A DNA stretch of 64,000 nt from Eledone cirrhosa. Lineage: Eukaryota. Positions 52,101 to 64,000 of the stretch are shown here, piece by piece (position 1 is the first letter of the stretch; each line of letters opens with the position of its first letter). Below the pieces are notes generated by a model that was not told the DNA's origin, made no database searches, and saw nothing but the letters and a program-made list of their open reading frames with translations. Location of the stretch: assembly GCA_964016885.1 (NCBI GenBank), contig OZ024740.1:38564001-38628000 (forward strand), given 5' to 3'. A program made the position numbers and the translations under genes.

Positions 52101-55100
52101 ACTATAACATATATACCATCTCTTGTCATTAAGAAGGGTTAACAGTATAACTACTGGAAATACTATAACATATACACCATCTCTTGTCATTAAGAATGCT
52201 TAACAGTAGAACTACTTGCAATACTATAACATATACACCATCTCTTTTCATTAACAAGGGTTAACGGTAGAACTACTGGCAATAATATAAGATATACACC
52301 ATCTCTTGTCATTAACAAGAGATAACAGTAGAACTACTGTCAATACTATAACATATATACCATCTCTTGTCATTAAGAATGGTTAACAGTAGAACTACTT
52401 GCAATACTATGACATATACACCATCTCTTGTCATTAACAAGAGTTAACAGTAGAACTACTGTCAATACTATAACATATACACCATCTTTTGTCATTAAGA
52501 AGGGTTAACAGTAGAACTACTGGCAATACTATAACATATCCACCATCCCTTGTCATTAAGCAGTGTTAACCGTAGAACTACTGGGTAATACTATAACATA
52601 TACACCATCTCTTGTCATTAAGAAGGGTTAACAGTAGAACTACTGGCAATACTATAACATATACACCATCTTTTGACATTAAGAATGGTTAACAGTAGAA
52701 CTACTGGCAATACTATAACATATACACCATCTCTTGTCATTAAGAACGGTTAACAGTAGAACTACTAGCAATACTATAACATATACACCATCTCTTGTCA
52801 ATAATAAGAGTTAACAGTAGAACTACAGGCAATACTGTAACATATACACCATCTCTTGTCATTAAGAAGGATTAACAGTAGAACTACTGGCAATACTATA
52901 AAATATACACCATCTCTTGTCATTAACAAGGGTTAACAGTAGAACTACTGGCAATACTATAACATATATACCATCTCTTGTAATTAACAAGGGTTAACAG
53001 TAGAACTACTGGCAATACTATAACATATATACCATCTCTTGTCATTAAGAAGGGTTAACAGTATAACTACTGGAAATACTATAACATATACACCATCTCT
53101 TGTCATTAAGAATGGTTAACAGTAGAACTATTTGCAATAATATGACATATACACCATCTCTTTTCATTAACAAGTGTTAACAGTAGAACTACTGGCAATA
53201 CTATAAGATATACACCATCTCTTGTCATTAACAAGAGTTAACAGTAGAACTACTGTCAATACTATAACATATACACCATCTCTTGTCATTAAGAAGGGTT
53301 AACAGTAGAACTACTGGCAATACTATAACATATACACCATCCCTTGTCATTAAGAAGTGTTAACCGTAGAACTACTGGCAATACTATAACAGATACACCA
53401 TCTCTTGTCATTAAGAAGGGTTAAAAGTAGAACTACTGGCAATACTATAACATATACACCATCCTTTGTCATTAAGGAGGGTTAACAGTAGAACTACTGG
53501 CAATACTATAACATATACACCATCTCTTGTCATTAAGAAAGGTTAACAGTAGAACTACTAGCAATACTATAACATATACACCATCTCTTGTCATTAAGAA
53601 GGGTTAACAGTAGATCTATTGGCAATACTATAACATATACACCATCTCTTGTCATTAATAAGGGTTAACAGTAGAACTACTAGCAATACTATAACATATA
53701 CACCATCTCTTGTCATTCAGAAGGGTTAACAGTAGATCTATTGGCAATACTATAACATATACACCATCTCTTGTCATTAATAAGGGTTAACAGTAGAACT
53801 ACTAGCAATAATATAACATATATACCATCTCTTGTCATTAAGAAAGGTTAACAGTAGAACTACTAGCAATACTATAACATATACACCATCTCTTGTCATT
53901 AAGAAGGGTTAACAGTAGATCTACTGGCAATACTATAACATATACACCATCTCTTGCCATTAATAAGGGTTAACAGTAGAACTACTAGCAATAATATAAC
54001 ATATATACCATCTCTTGTCATTAAGAAGGGTTAACAGTATAACTACTGGAAATACTATAACATATACACCATCTCTTGTCATTAAGAAGGGTTAACAGTA
54101 GAACTACAGGCAATACTATCACATATACACTATCTCTTGTCATTAACAAGGGTTAACAGTGGAACTATTCGCAATATTATAACATATACACCATCTCTTG
54201 TCATTAAGAAGGGTTAACAGTAGAACTACTGGCAATACTATAACTTATACACCATATCTTGTCATTAAGAAGGGTTAACAGTAGAACTATTCGCAATACT
54301 ATAACATATACACCATCTCTTGTCATTAACAAGGGTTAACAGTAGAACTACTGGCAATACTATAAAATATACACCATCTCTTGTCATTAACAAGGATTAA
54401 CAGTAGAACTACTGGCAATACTATAACATAAATACCATCTCTTGTAATTAACAAGGGTTAACAGTAGAACTACTGGCAATACTATAACATATATACCATC
54501 TCTTGTCATTAAGAAGGGTTAACAGTATAACTACTGGAAATACTATAACATATACACCATCTCTTGTCATTAAGAATGCTTAACAGTAGAACTACTTACA
54601 ATACTATAACATATACACCATCTCTTTTCATTAACAAGGGTTAACGGTAGAACTACTGGCAATAATATAAGATATACACCATCTCTTGTCATTAACAAGA
54701 GAGAACAGTAGAACTACTGTCAATACTATAACATATATACCATCTCTTGTCATTAAGAATGGTTAACAGTAGAACTACTTGCAATACTATGACATATACA
54801 CCATCTCTTGTCATTAACAAGAGTTAACAGTAGAACTACTGTCAATACTATAACATATACACCATCTTTTGTCATTAAGAAGGGTTAACAGTAGAACTAC
54901 TGGCAATACTATAACATATCCACCATCCCTTGTCATTAAGCAGTGTTAACCGTAGAACTACTGGGTAATACTATAACATATACACCATCTCTTGTCATTA
55001 AGAAGGGTTAACAGTAGAACTACTGGCAATACTATAACATATACACCATCTTTTGTCATTAAGAAGGGTTAACAGTAGAACTACTGGCAATACTATAACA

Positions 55101-58100
55101 TATACACCATCTCTTGTCATTAAGAACGGTTAACAGTAGAACTACTAGCAATACTATAACATATACACCATCTCTTGTCAATAATAAGAGTTAACAGTAG
55201 AACTACAGGCAATACTGTAACATATACACCATCTCTTGTCATTAAGAAGGATTAACAGTAGAACTACTGGCAATACTATAAAATATACACCATCTCTTGT
55301 CATTAACAAGGGTTAACAGTAGAACTACTGGCAATACTATAACATATATACCATCTCTTGTAATTAACAAGGGTTAACAGTAGAACTACTGGCAATACTA
55401 TAACATATATACCATCTCTTGTCATTAAGAAGGGTTAACAGTATAACTACTGGAAATACTATAACATATACACCATCTCTTGTCATTAAGAATGGTTAAC
55501 AGTAGAACTATTTGCAATAATATGACATATACACCATCTCTTTTCATTAACAAGTGTTAACAGTAGAACTACTGGCAATACTATAAGATATACACCATCT
55601 CTTGTCATTAACAAGAGTTAACAGTAGAACTACTGTCAATACTATAACATATACACCATCTCTTGTCATTAAGAAGGGTTAACAGTAGAACTACTGGCAA
55701 TACTATAACATATACACCATCCCTTGTCATTAAGAAGTGTTAACCGTAGAACTACTGGCAATACTATAACAGATACACCATCTCTTGTCATTAAGAAGGG
55801 TTAAAAGTAGAACTACTGGCAATACTATAACATATACACCATCCTTTGTCATTAAGGAGGGTTAACAGTAGAACTACTGGCAATACTATAACATATACAC
55901 CATCTCTTGTCATTAAGAAAGGTTAACAGTAGAACTACTAGCAATAATATAACATATATACCATCTCTTGTCATTAAGAAGGGTTAACAGTAGAACTACT
56001 GGCAATACTATAACATATACACCATCTCTTGTCATTAATAAGGGTTAACAGTAGAACTACTAGCAATAATATAACATATATACCATCTCTTGTCATTAAG
56101 AAGGGTTAACAGTAGAACTACTGGCAATACTATAACATATACACCATCTCTTGTCATTAATAAGGGTTAACAGTAGAACTACTGGCAATACTATAACATA
56201 TATACCATCGCTTGTCATTAACAAGAGTTAACAGTAGAACTACTGGCTGTACTATAACATATATACCATCTCTTGTCATTAACAAGTGTTAACAGTAGAA
56301 CTACTGGCAATACTATAACATATACACCATCTCTTGTCATTAAGAAGGATTAACAGTAGAACTATTGGCAATACTATAACATATACACCATCTCTTGTCA
56401 TTAACAAGGGTTAACAGTAGAACTGCTGGCAATACTATAACATATAAACCATCTCTTGTCATTAAGAAGGGTTAACGGTAGAACGACTGGCAATACATAT
56501 ATACCATCTCTTGTCATTAACAAGGGTTAACAGTAGAACTATTCGCAATACTATAACATATACACCATCTCTTGTCATTAAGAAGGGTTAACAGTAGAAA
56601 TACTGGCAATACTATAAACATATACACTATCTCTTGTCATTAAGAAGGGTTAACAGTAGAACTACTGGCAATACTATAACATATACACCATCTAGAACTA
56701 TTGGCAATACTATAAAATATACACCATCTCTTGTCATTAAGAAGGGTTAACAGTAGAACTACTGGCAATACTATAACATATATACCATCTCTTGTCAGTA
56801 ACAAGGGTTAACAGTAGAACTACTGGCAATACTATAACATATACACCATCTCTTGTCATTAAGAAGGGTTAACAGTAGAACTACAGGCAATACTATCACA
56901 TATACACTATCTTTTGTCATTAACAAGGGTTAACAGTGGAACTATTCGCAATATTATAACATATACACCATCTCTTGTCATTAAGAAGGGTTAACAGTAG
57001 AACTACTGGCAATACTATAACTTATACACCATATCTTGTCATTAAGAAGGGTTAAAAGTAGAACTATTCGCAATACTATAACATATACACCATCTCTTGT
57101 CATTAACAAGGGTTAACAGTAGAACTACTGGCAATACTATAAGATATACACCATCTCTTGTCATTAACAAGGATTAACAGTAGAACTACTGGCAATACTA
57201 GAACATAAATACCATCTCTTGTCATTAAGAAGGGTTAACAGTAGAACTACTGTCAATACTATAACATATACACCATCTCTTGTCATTAAGAAGGGTTAAC
57301 AGTAGAACTACTGGCAATACTATAACATATACACCATCCCTTGTCATTAAGAAGTGTTAACCGTAGAACTACTGGCAATACTATAACATATACACCATCT
57401 CTTGTCATTAAGAAAGGTTAACAGTAGAACTACTAGCAATACTATAACATATACACCATCTCTTGTCATTAAGAAGGGTTAACAGTAGATCTACTGGCAA
57501 TACTATAACATATACACCATCTCTTGTCATTAATAAGGGTTAACAGTAGAACTACTAGCAATAATATAACATATATACCATCTCTTGTCATTAAGAAGGG
57601 TTAACAGTAGAACTACTGGCAATACTATAACATATACACCATCTCTTGTCATTAATAAGGGTTAACAGTAGAACTACTGGCAATACTATAACATATATAC
57701 CATCGCTTGTCATTAACAAGAGTTAACAGTAGAACTACTGGCTATACTATAACATATATACCATCTCTTGTCATTAACAAGTGTTAACAGTAGAACTACT
57801 GGCAATAGTATAACATATACACCATCTCTTGTCATTAAGAAGGATTAACAATAGAACTATTGGCAATACTATAACATATACACCATCTCTTGTCATTAAG
57901 AAGGGTTAACAGTAGAACTACTGGCAATACTATAACTTATACAGCATATCTTGTCATTAAGTAGGGTTAAAAGTAGAACTATTCGCAATACTATAACATA
58001 TACACCATCTCTTGTCATTAACAAGGGTTAACAGTAGAACTACTGGCAATACTATAAGATATACACCATCTCTTGTCATTAACAAGGATTAACAGTAGAA

Positions 58101-61100
58101 CTACTGGCAATACTATAACATAAATACCATCTCTTGTAATTAACAAGGGTTAACAGTAGAACTACTGGCAATACTATAACATATATACCATCTCTTGTCA
58201 TTAAGAAGGGTTAACAGTATAACTACTGGAAATACTATAACATATACACCATCTCTTGTCATTAAGAATGCTTAACAGTAGAACTACTTGCAATTCTATA
58301 ACATATACACCATCTCTTTTCATTAACAAGGGTTAACGGTAGAACTACTGGCAATACTATAAGATATACACCATCTGTTGTCATTAACAAGAGTTAACAG
58401 TAGAACTACTGTCAATACTATAACATATATACCATCTCTTGTCATTAAGAATGGTTAACAGTAGAACTACTTGCAATACTATGACATATACACCATCTCT
58501 TTTCATTAACAAGGGTTAACAGTAGAACTACTGGCAATACTATAAGATATACACCATCTCTTGTCATTAACAAGAGTTAACAGTAGAACTACTGTCTATA
58601 CTATAACATATACACCATCTCTTGTCATTAAGAAGGGTTAACAGTAGAACTACTGGCAATACTATAACATATCCACCATCCCTTGTCATTAAGCAGTGTT
58701 AACCGTAGAACAACTGGGTAATACTATAACATATACACCATCTCTTGTCATTAAGAAGGGTTAACAGTAGAACTACTGGCAATACTATAACATATACACC
58801 ATCTTTTGTCATTAAGAAGTGTTAACATTAGAACTACTGGCAATACTATAACATATACACCATCTCTTGTCAATAATAAGGGTTAACAGTAGAACTACAG
58901 GCGATACTGTAACATATACACCATCTCTTGCTGTTAACAAGGGTTAACAGTAGAACTACTGGCAATACTATAAAATATACACCATCTCTTGTCATTAACA
59001 AGGGTTAACAGTAGAAATACTGGCAATACTATAACATATATACCATCTCTTGTAATTAACAAGGGTTAACAGTAGAACTACTGGCAATACTATAACATAT
59101 ATACCATCTCTTGTCATTAAGAAGGGTTAACAGTAGATCTACTGGCAATACTATAACATATACACCATCTCTTGTCATTAATAAGGGTTAACAGTAGAAC
59201 TATTGGCAATACTATAACATATACACCATCTCTTGTCATTAAGAAGGGTTAACATTAGAACTACTGGTAATACTATAACATATATACCATCTCTTGTCAT
59301 TAACAAGGGTTAACAGTAGAACTACTGGCAACACTATAACATATACACCATCTCTTGTCATTAAAAGGGTTAACAGTAGAATTACTGGCAATATTATAAC
59401 ATATACACCATCTCTTGTCATTAACAAGGGTTAACAGTAGAACTGCTGGCAATACTATAACATATAAACCATCTCTTGTCATTAAGAAGGGTTAACAGTA
59501 GAACGACTGGCAATACATATATACCATCTCTTGTCATTAACAAGGGTTAACAGTAGACCTATTCGCAATACTATAACATATACACCATCTCTTGTCATTA
59601 AGAAGGGTTAACAGTAGAAATACTGGCAATACTATAACATATACACTATCTCTTGTCATTAAGAAGGGTTAACAGTAGAACTACTGGCAATACTATAACA
59701 TATTCACCATCTAGAACTATTGGCAATACTATAAAATATACACCATCTCTTGTCATTAAGAAGGGTTAACAGTAGAACTACTGGCAATACTATAACATAT
59801 ATACCATCTCTTGTCAGTAACAAGGGTTAACAGTAGAACTACTGGCAATACTATAACATATACACCATCTCTTGTCATTAAGAAGGGTTAACAGTAGAAC
59901 TACAGGCAATACTATCACATATACACTATCTCTTGTCATTAACAAGGGTTAACAGTAGAACTACCGGGGTTACTATAACATATACACCATCTCTTGTCAT
60001 TAAGAAGGTTTAACAGTAGAACTACTGGCAATACTATAACATATACACCATCTTTTGTCATTAAGAAGGGTTAACAGTAGAACTACTGGTAATACTATAA
60101 CAAATACACCATCTCTTGTCATTAAGAAAGGTTAACAGTAGAACTACTAGAATACTATAACATATACACCATCTCTTGTCATTAAGAAGGGTTAACAGTA
60201 GATCTACTGGCAATACTATAACATATACACCATCTCTTGTCATTAATAAGGGTTAACAGTAGAACTAGTAGCAATACTATAACATATATACCATCTCTTG
60301 TCATTAACAAGGGTTAACAGTAGAACTACAGGCAATACTGTAACATATACACCATCTCTTGCTGTTAACAAGGGTTAACAGTAGAACTACTGGCAATACT
60401 ATAAAATATACACCATCTCTTGTCATTAACAAGGGTTAACAGTAGAACTACTGACTATACTATAAGTATATACCATCTCTTGTCATTAACAAGGGTTAAC
60501 AGTAGAACTACTGGCAATACTATAACATATATACCATCGCTTGTCATTAACAAGAGTTAATAGTAGAACTACCGGCTATACTATAACATATACACCATCT
60601 CTTGTCATTAACAAGTGTTAACAGTAGAACTACTGGCAATACTATAACATATACACCATCTCTTGTCATTAAGAAGGGTTAACAGTAGAACTACTGGCAA
60701 TACTGTAACATATACACCATCTCTTGCTGTTAACAAGGGTTAACAGTAGAACTATTTGCAATACTATGACATATACACCATTTCTTTTCATTAACAAGGG
60801 TTAACAGTAGAACTACTGGCAATACTATAAGATATACACCATCTCTTGTCATTAACAAGAGTTAACAGTAGAACAACTGGCAATACTATAACATATACAC
60901 CATCTCCTGTCATTAAGAAGGGTTAACAGTAGAACTACTGGCAATACTATAACATATACACCATCCTTTGTCATTAAGAAGGGTTAACAGTAGAACTACT
61001 AGCAATACTATAACATAAACACCATCTCTTGTCATTAAGAAGGGTTAACAGTCGATCTACTGGCAATACTATAACATATACACCATCACTTGTCATTAAT

Positions 61101-61863
61101 AAGGGTTAACAGTAGAACTACTAGCAATACTATAACATATATACCATCTCTTGGCATTAAGAAGGGTTAACAGTAGAACTACTGGCAATACTATAACATA
61201 TACACCATCTCTTGTCATTAACAAGTGTTAACAGTAGAACTACTGGCAATACTATAACATATACACCATCTCTTGTCATTAAGAAGGGTTAACAGTAGAA
61301 CTACTGGCAATACTATAACATATACACCATCGCTTGTCATTAAGAATGGTTAACAGTAGAACTATTTGCAATACTATGACATATACACCATTTCTTTTCA
61401 TTAACAAGGGTTAACAGTAGAACTACTGGCAATACTATAAGATATACACCATCTCTTGTCATTAACAAGAGTTAACAGTAGAACAACTGGCAATACTATA
61501 ACATATACACCATCTCCTGTCATTAAGAAGGGTTAACAGTAGAACTACTGGCAATACTATAACATATACACCATCCTTTGTCATTAAGAAGGGTTAACAG
61601 TAGAACTACTAGCAATACTATAACATAAACACCATCTCTTGTCATTAAGAAGGGTTAACAGTCGATCTACTGGCAATACTATAACATATACACCATCACT
61701 TGTCATTAATAAGGGTTAACAGTAGAACTACTAGCAATACTATAACATATATACCATCTCTTGGCATTAAGAAGGGTTAACAGTAGAACTACTGGCAATA
61801 CTATAACATATACACCATCTCTTGTCATTAATAAGGGTTAACAGTAGAACTACTGGCAATACT

Positions 61864-61927
61864 CTTTTACTCTTTTATTCTTTTACCTGTTTCAGCCATC
61901 CGGCTGAGGCCATGCTGGGGCACCGCA
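61864..61927 (-). mobile_element. Short retroposon (SINE/LINE) 3'-end fragment inserted in the 61-bp satellite
   Basis: A ~64-bp non-satellite insert reading GCGGTGCCCCAGCATGGCCTCAGCCGGATGGCTGAAACAGG plus a (TAAAAGAR)n tail on the minus strand. It interrupts CAATACT|ATAACAT. Confidence 0.8.
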
Positions 61928-64000
61928 TATAACATATATACCATCGCTTGTCATTAACGAGAGTTAACAGTAGAACTACTGGCTATACTATAACATATAT
62001 ACCATCTCTTGTCATTAACAAGTGTTAACAGTAGAACTACTGGCAATACTATAACATATACACCATCTCTTGTCATTAATAAGGGTTAACAGTAGAACTA
62101 TTGGCAATAATATAACATATACACCATCTCTTGTCATTAAGAAGGGTTAACATTAGAACTACTGTCAATACTATAACATATATACCATCTCTTGTCATTA
62201 AGAATGGTTAACAGTAGAACTACTTGCAATACTATGACATATACACCATCTCTTTTCATTAACAAGGGTTAACAGTAGAACTACTGGCAATACTATAAGA
62301 TATACACCATCTCTTGTCATTAACAAGAGTTAACAGTAGAACTACTGTCAATACTATAACATATACACCATCTTCTGTCATTAAGAAGGGTTAACAGTAG
62401 AACTACTGGCAATACTATAACATATACACCATCCTTTGTCATTAAGAAGGGTTAACAGTAGAACTACTAGCAATACTATAACATAAACACCATCTCTTGT
62501 CATTAAGAAGGGTTAACAGTAGATCTACTGGCAATACTATAACATATACACCATCACTTGTCATTAATAAGGATTAATAGTAGAACTACTAGCAATACTA
62601 TAACATATATACCATCTCTTGTCATTTAGAAGGGTTAAGAGTAGAACTACTGGCAATACTATAACATATACACCATCTCTTGTCATTAATAAGGGTTAAC
62701 AGTAGAACTACTGGCAATACTATAACATATATACCATCTCTTGTCATTAACAAGTGTTAACAGTAGAACTACTGGCAATACTATAACATATACACCATCT
62801 CTTGTCATTAACAAGGGTTAACAGTAGAACTACTGGCAATACTATAACATATACACCATCTCTGGTCATTAACAAGGGTTAACAGTAGAACTACTGGCAA
62901 TACTATAACATATACACCATCCTTTGTCATTAAGAAGGGTAAACAGTATAACTACTAGCAATACTATAACATAAACACCATCTCTTGTCATTAATAAGGG
63001 TTAACAGTAGAACTACTAGCAATACTATAACATATATACCATCTCTTGTCATTTAGAAGGGTTAAGAGTAGAAGTACTGGCAATACTATAGCATATACAC
63101 CATCTCTTGTCATTAATAAGGGTTAACAGTAGAACTACTGGCAATACTATAACATATATACAATCGCTTGTCATTAACAAGAGTTAACAGTAGAACTACT
63201 GGCTATACTATAACATATATACCATCTCTTGTCATTAACAAGTGTTAACAGTAGAACTACTGGCAATACTATAACATATACACCATCTCTTGTCATTAAC
63301 AAGGGTTAACAGTAGAACTACTGGCAATACTATAACATATACACCATCTCTGGTCATTAACAAGGGTTAGCAGTAGAACGACTGGCAATACATATATACC
63401 ATCTCTTGTCATTAACAAGGGTTAACAGTAGAACTATTCGCATTACTATAACATATACACCATCTCTTGTCATTAAGAAGGGGTAACAGTAGAAATACTG
63501 GCAATACTATAACATATACACAATCTCTTGTCATTAAGAAGGGTTAACAGTAGAACTACTGGCAATACTATAACATAAACACCATCTAGAACTATTGGCA
63601 ATACTATAAAATATACACCATCTCTTGTCATTAAGAAGGGTTAACAGTAGAACTACTGGCAATACTATAACATATATACCATCTTTTGTCATTAAGAAGG
63701 GTTAACAGTAGAACTACTGGCAATACTATAACATATACACCATCTCTTGTCATTAAGAAAGGTTAACAGTAGAACTACTAGCAATACTATAACATATACA
63801 CCATCTCTTGTCATTAAGAAGGGTTAACAGTAGATCTACTGGCAATACTATAACATATACACCATCTCTTGTCATTAATAAGGGTTAACAGTAGAACTAC
63901 TAGCAATACTATAACATATATACCATCTCTTGTCATTAACAAGGGTTAACATTAGAACTACTGGCAATACTATAACATATACACCATCTCTTGTCAATAA

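Larger units (their letters stand above)
42030..64000. repeat. 61-bp satellite array, ~350 units, running off the right edge; consensus CATATACACCATCTCTTGTCATTAAGAAGGGTTAACAGTAGAACTACTGGCAATACTATAA
   Basis: The register shifts 1 nt per 60-nt line, giving a period of 61. The left edge is degenerate from ~41970. Confidence 0.99.

Overview
Eukaryotic (animal) genomic DNA. The SINE/MITE repertoire looks cephalopod/octopus-like, but that is recognition from memory and was not searched. About 76% of the window is two satellite arrays: a 41-bp G/T-rich array (1-~26.8 kb) and a 61-bp array (~42 kb to the window end). Between them, a ~15-kb island carries five minus-strand GT-AG exons (39198-39061, 37098-36939, 34254-34131, 31630-31496, 29397-29294). 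They splice in frame into a stop-free ~220-aa TM3-EL2-TM4-TM5-TM6 segment of a divergent SLC6 (neurotransmitter:sodium symporter) transporter with non-canonical gate and pocket residues. No flanking exons were found, so both satellites appear to lie inside very large introns of this gene. The introns also hold tRNA-derived SINEs, TTAA (piggyBac-like) and hAT-like MITEs, a non-autonomous Helitron nested in a MITE, a CR1-like LINE fragment, several minisatellites and AT-rich hairpins. Nearly all ORFs in the supplied track are repeat artefacts.
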